Translations under genes and position numbers: made by a program | In this document: one piece after another, positions 10,101-23,700 of the stretch | How positions within the stretch are numbered: the first letter of the stretch is position 1 | Layout of the letters: each line of letters opens with the position of its first letter | Origin: Chrysemys picta bellii | Lineage: Eukaryota | Assembly: GCF_011386835.1 (NCBI RefSeq) | Contig: NC_088795.1 | Location: 135,718,001-135,782,000, forward strand | Direction: 5' to 3' | DNA length: 64,000 nt | Notes under the pieces: generated by a model | What the model was told of the DNA's origin: nothing | Databases searched by the model: none | The model's input: only the letters and a program-made list of their open reading frames with translations

Positions 10101-13100
10101 CCAAATGCTGTTGGGTATGGGGAAGTTCAGCTCCAGATCCCAACTATGCAGCCTGCATGTACCTATTAGGGCTGTCAAGCGATTAAAAAAATTAATCGCA
10201 CTGTTAAACAATAATAGAATACCATTTATTTAAATATTTTTGGATGTTTTGTATGTTTTCAAATATATTGATTTCAATTACAACAGAATACAAAGTGTAC
10301 AGTGCTCACTTTATATTTTTTATTACAAGTGTTTGCACTGTAAAAAGACAAAAGAAATAGTATTTTTCAATTCACCTAATACAAGTACTGTAGTGCAATC
10401 TCTTTATCATGAAAGTTGAACTTATAAATATAGAATTATGTACAAAAATACTGCATTCAAAAATTAAACAATCTAAAATTTTAGAGCTCGCAAGTCCACC
10501 CAGTCCTACTTCTTGTTCAGCCAATCGCTCAGACAAACAAGTTCGTTTACATTTTCAGGAGATAATGCTGCCCAATTCTTGTTTACAATGTCACCTGAAA
10601 GTGAGAACAGACATTCTCATGGCACTGTTGTAGCCGGCGTCACAAGATATTTAAGTGCCAGATGTGCTAAATAGTTATGACCCTTCACGCTTCAGCCACT
10701 ATTCCAAGGGACATGTGTCCATGTTGATGATAATGGGTTCTGCTTGAAAACTATCCAAAGCAGTGTGGATCGACGCATGTTCATTGTCATCGTTTGAGTC
10801 AGATGTCACCAGCAGCAGTTTGATTTTCTTTTTTGGTAGTTCAGGTTCTGTAGTTCCTGCATCGGAGTGTTGCTCTTTTAAGACTTCTGAAAGCATGCCC
10901 CCTAATTAATCCCTCTCAGATTTTGGAAGGCACTTCAGATTCTTAAATCTTGTGTCGAGTGCTGTAGCTATCTTTAGAAATCGCACATTGGTACCTTCTT
11001 TGAGTTTTGTGAAATCTGCAGTGAAAGTGTTCTTAAAATGAACAATATGTGCTGGGTCATCATCCGAGACTGCTATAACATGAAATATGTGGCAGAATGT
11101 GGGTAAAACAGAGCAGGGGACATACAATTTTCCCCCAAGGCATTCAGTCACAAATTTAATTAACACATCATTTTTTTTTTAATGAGCGTCATCAGCATGG
11201 AAGCATGTCCTCTGGAATGGTAGCCAAAGCATGAAGGGTCATACGAATGTTTAACATATCTGGCACATAAATACCTTGCAATGCCAGCTACAAAAGTGCC
11301 ATGCAAATGCCTGTTCTCACTTTCTGGTGATGTAAATAAGCGGGCAACGTTATCTCCTGTAAATGTAAACAAACTTGTTTGTCTTAGCGATTGGCTGAAC
11401 AAGAAGTAGGACTGAGTGGACTTGTAGCCTCTGAAGTTTAATGTTTTGTTTTTGAGTGCAGTTATGTAACCAAAAAAAATGTACATTTGTAAGTTGCACT
11501 ACAGTATTTGTATGAAATGAATTGAAAAATACTATTTCTTCTGTTTATCATTTTTACAATACAAATATTTGTAATTAAAATATACACTTTGATTTCAGTT
11601 ACAACACAGAATACAAGATGTATATGAAAATGTAGAAAAACATCCAAAATATTAAATTAATTTCAATTGCTAGTCTCTTGTTTAACAGTGCGATTAAAAC
11701 TGCGATTAATCACGATTAATTTTTTTATCACGATTAATTTTTTTTTAGTTAATCGCGTGCATTAACTGCGATTAATCGACAGCCCTAGTACCTATATGTA
11801 AATCTTATTTTTGTATGCATGTATGTGCTGCAGGATCATGATACAGCCTGGGAAAGGCAGGTCACATCAGGAGAGCAGTCCAGGAAGGAGCTAGGAACAT
11901 GTGGCATGGAGCCAATGGAGAGATGAGTCTGGTAATAGGTGGAGGGAGGTAGTTGGGAAGCCATGTGGCTTGTGGTTGGAAAGAAAGTAATGTGTGTGAT
12001 GGCTTATGGCAGGGAGTTGGGAGCAAGGGAGGAGACAGGATTCCTGTTGGAAGGGGAAAAGAAGAGAGGCTGGTTATGAGTCCCTCTGTATACTACTCCT
12101 TAGAACAGTGGTCCCCAAACTTTTAGTCGTGTCCCCCTTTACCCAGTCCGCGCCCCCCTGGGAGCCATGGTCAGGGGCCCAGGGTAGGGGCTGTGGTTAG
12201 GAACAAGGCTGTGGTCAGGGCTAGAGCTGCGGCCAGGAGCTGGAGCCAGGAGCCACGGCTGGGGCTGGGGGCAGAGCAGGGCTGGGTGGTGCTCCCTTCC
12301 CACCCCCAATAGGGGCTGACCAGGGCCCTACTGTGCTCCCCTGAACATTCCCCCGCGGCCCCTCTAGGGGGCGTGCCCCACAGTTTGGGGACCACTGCCT
12401 TAGAACCTAAGGATGCTACTTGAGAGCGTGGAAGGCATGTATAGAGAATATTGTATTGATTGGTGTCTTAGCCAGATCCACTTCAAAGAAAGTGGGTTAA
12501 TCATCTAAGACCCTCTATGGGCTCCAACTTTTCCTTCTCCCCATCTCTGCCAGTTCCAGGGACTGTAGTTGTTGTTGTTAATAACAAAATTGTTTCTGCT
12601 GCTGCCCCCTAGTCCTGAGGAACCTTGTGGTAGCTGCAGTTTGGAATGCCCATCTGGCAGCCAGCTAGGAATCAGGGCAAAAAAAGTGTGCATGCATGCT
12701 CTGCTAGGTTTCTAGAACTGGTCCCCCTCTCCCAGATTTTGCACCATGTTTTTCCACAGCTGGGCAGAGCACTTATCTAGTTTGTCTGGTACTGATTTTC
12801 ATCTCTTCTGATTGATGTGTCTGCTATGAAATGTCAGCAGGGATTCCAGAAAACTCTGAATGCAAACCTGTTTATTAGTGAACACTCCCAAATGAAGCTT
12901 TACATCAAATACACCCTTGTTTAATAGGATGGTAATAGCTTTTCTTTGTTAGCCCTGTATATTTTTATAGATTGAATCATGATCAGACAGGGAATCTGAA
13001 TATGCTGAACCATAGATGCAGAGAGGGCTTTTAGACTCTAAAAGAAAATAAGAGCATGAAGACCTTTAATCTCTTTCCCGGCATTATGATTGTTAATCAG

Positions 13101-16100
13101 TTATTTAATTAGAAATTAGTGAATTAAAACCAGTGAGCCAAATACATCCTTGGAGGTACTGTAATTCCTTAGGACAGGTGGACTTACACCAGGAGTGAAT
13201 ATGTCCCACTCTTACTAGTTTCAAGGATATCACTGAGGTAGACACTAGTTCCTTTTGTGCACTTGAAAGAACTGTCAACGTAAACTTCCTCTAAAATTCC
13301 TTATCTGCAACACCTTGACTAGAGGAAGGATGAATTTGTGGTCAAGGCACTGGTCTGGAAAAATCTGGAGTCAATTCCTGACTCTGCCACTAATTCACTG
13401 TGTGATCTTGGGCAAGTCACTTAATTTCTGAGTCTTCCCTTCCCATCTGTAGAAAGGAGATAATGATCCTTCCTTTCTCCCATCCTTTGTCTTGTCTATT
13501 TAGACTGTAAACTCTTTGGGGAAGAGACTGTCTCTAACTAGTGCATATACAGTATCTAGCACGATGATGCCCTGATTTCATGTGGCTCAGTTTTAATGCA
13601 AATAATAGCTAAAAATGAAAGAAACTTGCTAATGTGAGGTACATTTTCCATAGTGGACTTGAAGCTTTCACCTGCAAAATGTCATGAGTAAATCCCACAT
13701 GTCCTATGGAAATCTGGGAATTGTGAGTCAGCTGTTCCCAACTGGGTGGATTTAATTGCTGCCTTGGCCTTATGTTGGCCCTCTGCTTTGGGGAGAATTT
13801 CACTCAGCTGTGTGCACGTTTCCTGTAACTGTTGCAATCCTTGTAATAATGTCTGTAAATGATGTGCACACATTTTTGCGTGTGTGTATACGTGTGCATT
13901 CATTTTGCATTTACAAACCCCAAACACAAGTGCTGACAAGAGTCTAGCAGCTCCCGTTAACAGGGAGACTGTATTCGACTAAGTGAGGGATGGAACCAAT
14001 AACAATGACTTAATGAGACAGCCTCAATGACTTGCCTTTTTTCCCCCCCTTCCCCCTCCATGGGATTTCTTGACAGTGATGGGTTGCTGTTGACTTTGGC
14101 CTCTTTTGGCCTGTGCTGATTTCTAAAGTCAATATGGCCTTTTCAACTAAAATATCCAAACAAAACACACCTGGTTTATTTTCCCTATTCCCACACCCCA
14201 CCCAACCACACTGTCTATTGCTGGTTTAGGGTGTTGAAAAAGCAACAAGCACATAGCAGTGGGGTGGAGTCTTTGAGCTCCTGGCTTTGTGATTTACTTT
14301 TTCACGGGGCTTTTATGAACAAACTCTTTTTGGTTTATGAGTTGTTTTTATTCTAGTTTCTCTTTTTCTCCAAATTTGATTGTAAAGAGAACTGAAGGGA
14401 GCCAAACAAGGTTGGCAGCATGAATGCCTGCAGCCTCTGGACAGTGTTTAAGAAGTGTGGATGGCTTTGTGGTTAAGGCACAGTTCTGAGTCTCAGGAGA
14501 CTGGGGTGTTCCTGGCTCTGCTACAGACTGTGTAAGACCTTTGACCAGTCATGGGGGCGACCAGTGTGCTGATCTCTCTTGAAAATCTGGCCCTTCATTT
14601 CTCTGTGCTGTCTTTCTTGTCTAATTACATTGTGACTTCTTTGGGACAGGCACTGTTTCTTACTATATATATGTACAGTGCCTAGCACTATCTAAGGTAA
14701 TTATATGCCCCCCGTTACCATAATAATGAGGGCCTCGCTCTTTAGTGTAGAGCTTCTCACAACACTGTCAGAATAGGGAGGTACTATCCCCATTTTACAG
14801 ATAGGGAACTGAGGTTCAGATAAACTAAGTGACATGCCCAAGGTCTCACAGAAAATCTAGGGCAGAGCAGAGAATTGAACCAAGTCTCAGATTCCAGGCT
14901 GTCTCTACCCATTGGACCATCTTTGCAGTAGGACCTATATCTCAGTTGTAACTTCTAGGTTCTATCGTAATGTGAATAATTAATAACACCACTGTGTTTT
15001 GCGTGTTAACTGGATTCCACTGAAACCCGCTTTCAATTTTAGCTAAGTTTTTTGTGCATGAATTTCCCTGTCTATTTTTAAATGAGCACCAACGTTTGAA
15101 CTCCTTTGTGCGTTTAGAAAGTGTGTGCAGGAGGGGAGCCCTGCTCTCATAGGAGCTTTTGAGACCCACCAGATCAAGGCTCTCTTGCTGCAGAGACTAG
15201 CAAGGGCATAGGAGGGATGTGTGACCATGAGATATGAACTGTGGGAAGGAATGGAGGGGGCAGTGGGAAGGCTTCTATCCAAATAGTGAACTTTAAGCAC
15301 TCGGCCTTTTGCTGGGCCCCTCTGTCTGCCCAGGTCCCCTGTGCGCACACACATTCTATGCCTCCATGGTCCTGCATCCACCTTCTGTGCCTTTTCTCCC
15401 CTGCCCTATTCCATGCTAACTCCCTTTTGTCCTCCAGAGGTCCCCACATGCCCTGAATCACCCTTCATGTCTCACCAGTGCCGTTCCTTCTCCTCCTGCC
15501 TTCCCAGAGCCCAGAGGGCACCACTCCATGTGTGCACTATCACCCCACTCTGCAGCTCCCTCCACTGGTTCATGTCCCTCCCTCAATATTGCCAACCCTA
15601 CATGTTCAAAAATCATAAGATTGGTTTAAATATCATGAAATTTTATTAATTTTATAAAAATAAATATATGGTTTGTTTTCTTTGCCTTTTGTTTTCTGAG
15701 CCATTAGGGTGCACTCAAGTCACATTTTCAAGCTTTTCTCTGCAACCATGAGGGCTAGAAATTTAATTTAATTTTTAAATGAAAGTTGATATGTTCACAT
15801 AATCACATGACTCCGGTAGCTGGGGCTTTAAGAAAAAAGAACCAGCTATTGTGAGACTTGCGATAAAATCGCAAGTTTTGGTTATGCTGCCTTCTGTATC
15901 ATGTCCTTTCCCAGATTTTGTGCCTCTCCACATTTCCCTTTAGTCTCCTTCTCTGAAGTCCAGGCCCTGGCCTGTCACCTACCCCCCTCCCCACCCCATC
16001 TGGCTCAGTCTACCAGCTGAATTCAGTTTATGTTCATAAACTTTTCTCTGTATGTACTTAACAACCCCAGCCCCAGCCCTCCCAAAACCACAAAAAGACC

Positions 16101-17731
16101 CCTTGCCTCAGCAAGGCCAATGAGTATCTTGGCCAACCATTTTAGGGATATAATTTAATAATATCTAGCTCTTATATAGTGACTTACAAAGTATCATTAT
16201 CCCCATTTTACAGATGGGGAAACTGAGACATGGGAGAGGAAGTGACTTGCCTAAGGTCATCCAGCAGGCCAGTGGCCAAGGCAGCAATAGAACCCAGGTC
16301 TCTTTAGTCAGTTCCATTGCTCTGTCTGCTGGGCCACACTGCCAGAATAAACAACCTCTACTTTTCCAAGCATAAACTAAAAGCGCATTTTCAGAACACC
16401 GTCACTTTAAAAGTCTTGCTTTGATATTTACTAAACGTCCCATGATGGGATGCAGTGTGCAGAATTTCAGGAGATTCAACTTCTTGGTAAGGCTCTTAGA
16501 GAGGGGGTGAGAGAGAGGGGGGGTGAGGGTCCAGACATTTTATTATCTGATGCAGCTCCTGCGAATGTCAATGGAATGACTTCTGTTGACATTAGTGGGA
16601 ACAGAATTTAGCCCACAAAGAGGAGCTAGCTTTAGTCTTAACTATAGACCAACTTGCAACTCCTTTCCCTCCCCGGGCCCGCAAGCACGAAATGTTGGTG
16701 GTGGTGGTTCATTTCACTTCCATTCACTGGAAATGCAGCCCAAATAAAGAGACCAAGCTAATGATTCCCTAGAGCAGTAGTTTTCAAGTTCTGGTCCGCA
16801 GATCCCTGGGTATCTGCAGATTATGTCTAAGATTTCCAAAGGGGTCCACACCGCCATTTGAAATTTTGTATGGGTCCGCAGATGAAAAAAGGTTGAAAAA
16901 CACCGCCCTAGAGCCCTAGAGCAAACCCTTCCAGCTGCTGTTGGCAGGTGATTGGTGTGAGGCATGATTAATAGGCAGTGGCTTTGAAAGGGAGCACATC
17001 TAGCAGCAGGATGCAGGAAGCTTGAGGGTTTTCACAGCTATACTTTTGACATTTCTGGCCTGACAAGTTAGAGCTTTTCTACTGTGGCCGTTAACTGTGG
17101 TCCCGCTGCCTGGCCCACCTAGAAAACCCCAAGCAGGAAACAAAATGGAGAGCCCCCTATCTGCTCTCCCCCCCCCCCCCCCCCCCCCGCAACCCCCATC
17201 CCAGAAGATATTGCATGCTGTGTGAACCTGCTGCTGCTCTCAGTGAAGTCAATGGCAAAACTCACACTGGCTTTCACAGTAAAGGATCAGGTCCTCTGTG
17301 AGCTAGCGTTTCATGATGAGTTAACATAGGGAGAGCGCTTTTGTGACCATGTCTTGCACAGGGGTTAGTGATTGCTAAATGTTGTTGAGAGAGAGGAGAA
17401 AGTAACTCCGTACACATAGCCATAGCTGACTGTGAATGCCCCTGAAAATGCCACCAGATGGTATTGTTGGCATCCCTGCTTGCTCCAGCTCATTACAAAT
17501 GCACAGCATATGCCCTTCAGGGCTACTTCACTGTCTGTTTGACTTTGCCTGGCTCCCCATCTCTCTCCATATAGGTCACTAGCACCAGCAACCAATTTGG
17601 CAGCTCTCAATGGTCAGCTGCAAGCACCTCATTTGTAAAACCTGTTGCATGTTTCAAAGGATGAGAGCATTTTGTATAGTTAATTCTGCAGTGAATTTGC
17701 AAAGGAGTCTCACATTTCCTGCCCGTGAAAA

Positions 17732-17798
<67 letters not shown>

Positions 17799-20700
17799 CT
17801 AACAGTTAAACAGTTTTACTAAAGTTTTAGCTAATAACCTACAAGTGTTAAGTGCTACAGCATATATAGTGGCTTGCTTAGAATCTCATTCTCAATAAAT
17901 TAAATATCCGTAGGGAGAGAGAAATAGAGATGTGAACCAAAACCCATCTCTGAGTTTGCTCACCCCCCTCTCTGTGATGGGCTGAAATTGATGCTAAATT
18001 TAATCACCTTGCACTCTGGGAAATTTTGGATTTGGATTTGAACCCTCCTACTTCAGAAGTGTCCAGGTCAGGGGTTTGTTTTGTTCATATTGCCCTCTCA
18101 GTACATAGGAGAGGGAGATGGGCCCTGAATCAAAACCATGATGCCACTAAACTTTGGATGTGGATTCCAACATAGTGACTTATGCTCATCATGCCTCTAA
18201 TACACGTAGAACAGGGGTGAGCAATAATTTTTGCAGGGGGGGCCACTCCATGAATTTTGGTACGTTGTCATGGGCTGCACATTTCTACTATATTAATGGA
18301 GGAGGTGCGGGGTCTGGGAGGGAGTTTGGATGCAGGAGGGAGCTCTGGGCTGGTGCAGAGTGTTGGGGATGCAGGAGTGGATGAGGGGTGTGGGCTCTGG
18401 GAAGGAGTTTGGTACAGGAAGGTGTTCTAACCTGGGACAGGGGGTTGGGGTGCAGGAGGGGGTGCGAGGTGCAGGCTCTGGCCAGGAGGCGCTTACCACA
18501 GGCGGTCCTGGCTGGTGGCACAGCAGGGCTCGGGCAGGGTGCTTGCATGCTATGGCCCCACGCTGCTCCCAGAAGTGGCCGCTGCTGGCATGTCTCTGTG
18601 CGCCCCTTTGGGGGAGGGGACAGCAGGTCTCTGTGCACTGCCTGCGCCCACAAGCACTGCCACCTAGCTCCCGGAGCTGTGAGGACGATGTTGGGAGTGG
18701 GGGCAGAGCACGGAGCCACCTCCCCCCCCTGCCAGGGGTGTGCAGAGACCTGTCAGCAGCACCCGGCCGCTTCTGGGAGCAGCGTGGGGCCACAGCAGGC
18801 AGGCAACCTGCCTGAGCGCCCCACTATGCCGCGGGACTTTTAGCAGCTAGCAGATTGCGAGGGGGCAGCCAAAAAGCCTGGCGGGCCGGACAGAAATGTT
18901 AGACAGGCCAGATCTGGCCCGTGGGCCGTATTTTGTCCGCCCCTGATGTAGAAGGAAAGGGAGATATTCCACTGTGTGAAATACCCCTAAAATAGTTCCA
19001 TTCCTAGGGTCAGATCCTGCAGTAAAGGATTTTTCAAGGAAGGTTAGGGTGCACAGAATCAGTATTTAGAATATAAAATAGGATATCAGTCTGGGGCATT
19101 CTGTAAGAGATGAGTAATGCTGAAGTATACCATATGTGTTTCTATCATGTATGACTTGACAATGCATCATTATTAAACAATTTGATCATCTTTAGGCCAG
19201 AAATTGTAGAGTGAGCTGGCTTGTAAAATGATATAACTGGATGTTTTAAGATAATTGCTGATTCTTTTTTAACTGATTCTACTTTTTTGTTTCAGATGAG
19301 ACTCCAATTATAGCTGTAATGGTGGCCCTATCTTCCCTGCTAGTCATAGTATTTATAATTATTGTGCTGTACATGTTAAGGTAAGAAACACTTATAACAC
19401 TCACTTCCCTATGGGATATTTGTGACATGTTTTCATTCTCCTTAAGTTAATTAACATACACTATTAAGCAGATGGCTTGCAGCTATGCTAGCTTGGGCCT
19501 TTTGTTCTGTTTCCTAAGCTAAGCAGGGCTGGCTTAGCCAGTATTTACAAGGGAGATGCTTTTTCCCTCTGGATCAGTGTAAAGTAAATCCTCATCATAA
19601 AGGTGGTGCTGTGCCACTAAAGATGGATTCTTTGAGATTATAGGTCCCGACTCCTGGTGCCATTAAAAGTCTGTTGATACTTTTTGCAAAGGTAAGGGTG
19701 CTACCGATTAAATATTATTTTGGGTAACTATACTCACTGACTAAAATCCCTCTGCATTTAGAGCTGGAGATTATTATTTTTTTCCACTTCAACCTTGATT
19801 CAAAGCCCATTGAAGCCAGTGGGAGTCTTTCTATTAACTTCAATGCGTTCTGCATCAGGCCTTGAAACAGTGGCCCCATTCTGCACTAGAGGTGGATGCA
19901 TGTAATAGGTGTGTGAAGTGGGCTCTCTGATCTGGAAAAAGCTTTGGAACCCTTCAAACTGAAAGATGTTGTAGACATGATATATTTTGATATTAGTAAG
20001 GCTTTTGTCACAGTGCCACATGACAGTTTTGTAAGCAAATTAGGAAAATGTCTAGGTAAAATTACTATAAAATGGGTGTACAATTGGTTGAAAGACTGTA
20101 CTTAGTGACTGGGAGGGTGTATCTATTGGGGTCCTGCAAGGGTCTGTCCTAGGTCCAGTACTATTTAACATTTTCATTAATGACTTGGATAATGGAGTGA
20201 AGAGCATGCTTATAAAAATGTGTAAATGACACCAAGCTCTGAGGTGTTGCAAGCACTTTGGAGGGCAGGATTAAAGTTCAAAATTACCATGACAAATTGG
20301 AGGATTGGTCTGGAATCGACAGCATGAAATTCAGTAAGGACAAGTGCAATATACAACACGTAGGATACAAAAATCAAATGTTCAACTACAAAATGGGGAT
20401 TAACTGGCTAGGTGGTAGTACTGCTGAAAAAGATTGGGGGTTATAGTGGATCACAAATTGAATATGAGTCAAGAATATGATGCAATTGCAAAAAAGCAAA
20501 TATCATCATTCTGGGGTGTTTTAACAGGAGTGTTGTCCCACTTGCTCGGCACTAGTGAGGCCTCAGGTGAAGTACTGTGTCCAGTTCTGGGTGCCACACT
20601 TCAAGAAAAATGTGAATAAATTGGAGAGAGTTAAGAGGGTTAAAATGATAAGATTGAGAAAACCTGACCTATAAGGAAAGGTTTAAAAATGGAGCATGTG

Positions 20701-23700
20701 TAGTTTTGAGAAAAGACTGAGGGGGGAACCTGACAAAAGTCTTCAAATGGGTTGAGGACTGTTCTAAAGAGGACTGTGATCAGTTGTTGCCCATGTCCAG
20801 TGAAGGTAGGACAAGAAGTAATGGGCTTCATCTACAGCAAGGAAGATTTAGGTTAGTTACTAGGAAAAACTTTCTAACAATGAGGATAGTTAAGCACTGG
20901 AATAGGTTTCCAAGGGAGGTTGTGGAGTCCCTGTCTCTGGAGATTTTTAAGAAAAGGTTAGACAAACTCCTGTCAGGGATGGTCCAGGTTATTTTGGTCC
21001 TGCCTCAGTGCATGGGGCTGGACTAGGTGATCTTTCAAGGTCCCTTCCTGCCCCACATTTCTGTGATGTGTTCTATAAATGTAGCTTATTAGTGAGAGCA
21101 GATGACAGTCAGTGGAACTATATTTTAATGAAACTTTCTTAAGTACATTTTTAAAGACACAAAGCATTAGATTGGACCTTTCTGAATTGTAGCCTCATTA
21201 ACTGCTCTCGCCTTGAATGCAAATGGTCAACTAGGAGTGAGTGTTTATTCACTTCCAGTAAACATTTTATTTAATTGCCGGAATGTTTAGTCAATTTAAA
21301 AAAAAAAAAAAAGCAATTTCCTTTGGTGATGGGAAAATTCCCTTCATTTCTTGGCTTGGGCCCAATGCGGCCCCGAAGGAAGTAAATGGGAGTTTTGCCT
21401 TTGATTTCAGCATAAGCATGATTTGGGCCCTGACCACCTGGAACTTCAGACAACTGTTAGCTCTTATAAAGCAATGTCAGTAGCCTCTCTCTTTCCTGCC
21501 ACTTACAGGCCTTTATTCAGCAAAGTAATTAACCCTAAGCCAATGGGTCTTAAACATGTGCTTGAAGTAAAAAGTGCCTGGTTAAATGTTTGGTTGAATA
21601 GGAATGAATTTAAGCATGTATTTAAGTGCTTTGCTGAACCAGGCCACAGAACATATGCTTCTGGGGTACCCCATTCTTAATGCTTGTCATTCTCACTCAC
21701 CTCTGCATTAGGTTTCTAGAATCCTTTGAATCTCAGCTGGTTGAAGGTTAGATGTGTCTCTGTGTTAGGGTTTTCTATAGCTCCTATCACCATGGTATCT
21801 AAGAGCATGTGATGCTAATGAGCGTGTGGTGGTGAATTCATGAAGGTTTCAGAAAGGGAAATACTGCAGCATCTCAGCTGTTCTCCGAACTGGGGCTTCT
21901 GGCCTCCAAAGGGGTCAACAGGCATTGTCAACTGACTTCTGGAGAAGCAAATTTGCTCTGCCATTTCCTACCAGATGCCACAAGTGTCTCCTAAATTATG
22001 GTACAGATCCCCAAGGCCGCTGTTCTGAAGCTTAGTGGTAACGGATGTATGCCTGAAGAGGCCACATTGTGACTATGGAGGTCACTGTGTGAATGGGAAC
22101 ACGCCCTGCTTCCCTATTGGGCTGTGCTGTTAATGACTAGCTATGTAAACTAGTGGTCTGAGCACTGAATTGGGAGCCAGGAACTCCCCAGTGTTAATTT
22201 TAGTTTACTGCTGACACTAAATAATAATATATGGAGATATACCTATCTCATAGAAGTGGAAGGGACCCCGAAAGGTCATCGAGTCCAGCCCCTGCCTTCA
22301 TTAGCAGGACCAAGTACTGATTTTTCCCTAGATCCCTAAGTGGCCCCCTCAAGGATTGAACTCACAACCCTGGGTTTAGCAGGCCAATGCTCAAACCACT
22401 GAGCTATCCTCCCCCGACCTTGGCCTCTCTTTCCCTGTGTGTAAAATAAGGAAAATCCTACTTCCTACAGTGCATGGGGACTGTGAATCTTGCACCCAAA
22501 TTCTGTCCTAAGTTACAACCTGTATGACCCCAATAAATTCCTTTAAAGGTGTAAAGTACTCGGTACTGGATGAGAGGTAGTATTGTTATTTACAAGAAAC
22601 CTCAAAATAACTGACTCCAGGACTAAAAGCTGTTGAGCGGCAAGGGGGAGAAGAAACACATAGTGAAACTTGGGTATATTTCTCACCCAAATAAATCAAT
22701 CTTAACTGATCTCCTTCGATGGGCAGCTGCTGATTTTCTGAACTCTCTCCTTCATTAGGTTTAAGAAATACAAGCAAGCTGGGAGCCATTCCAACTCATT
22801 TCGCTTGTCCAATGGCCGAACAGATGACACAGGTGAATCTTTGCTTTTCATTCTCTGGGATCCCCCCCACCCGTCCCAGAGAGAATGTGGATTTTGTCTT
22901 CCTCTAGTGACTAGCTCATATAATGGGTTAGTGAGTTTGCTTCAGCAGCTAAATTGGGAACATTTTCCATAAGCTCAAGCAGTAGGGGCGCAGGCTGTTA
23001 CAACTGAAAGTCCTGAGTTCAAATCTTGCTGGGTTGGTTATGAAAGACTCAAGGAGCTCATCTGTTAGCTTAAAAGAAGGTTGAGAAATGACTTGATCAA
23101 TCTACAGGTACCTACATGGGGAGCAGAAACTTGATAATAGAATGCTTACCAATCTAGCAAACAAAGGTATAACAAGAAACACTGTCTGAAAGTTGAAGCT
23201 AGACACATTCAGACTAGAAATCGGCTGCAAACGTTTAACAGTGAGAGTAATTAACTGTTGGAACAATCTATCAAGGATTGTGGTGCATTCTCTATCACTA
23301 GCTATTTTTAAATCAAGGTGAAATATTTTTCTAAAAGATCTTGCTCTAGTTCACACAGGAATTAATTCAGAGAAGTTTTCTGGCCTGTGTTATACAGTAG
23401 GTCAGACTAGATGATCACAATGGTCTCTCCTGGGTTTATAATCTATATATAATGGTACTAAGTGTAGCACCTCTTGTAGTTTTCATTAAACTGATACAGC
23501 TCTCCCCCTGTTTTTGGAGTAAATTACGTTGTCCCCTTTTCTACTGGGATGAAAAAATGTTTGTTTCCATGTTTTGTAGAGATTAATTTGTTTATAAAAT
23601 ATAGATATACTTTCACTATTCATCATTGTGCTTGATTGCAGCTAAACAGAGCTTAGCTGGGTTAGCTGTTGCATGGGAATCCTCCAAAGAAAAGCTAAAT

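Noticed and set aside
18288-18843. Four overlapping 143-166 aa ORFs
   Set aside because: All lie within a GC-rich hAT derivative, where stop codons are rare.
22340-22415. tRNA-like sequence on the minus strand
   Set aside because: It is the head of the Pol III SINE and continues into SINE body and CR1-like tail, so it is not a tRNA gene.
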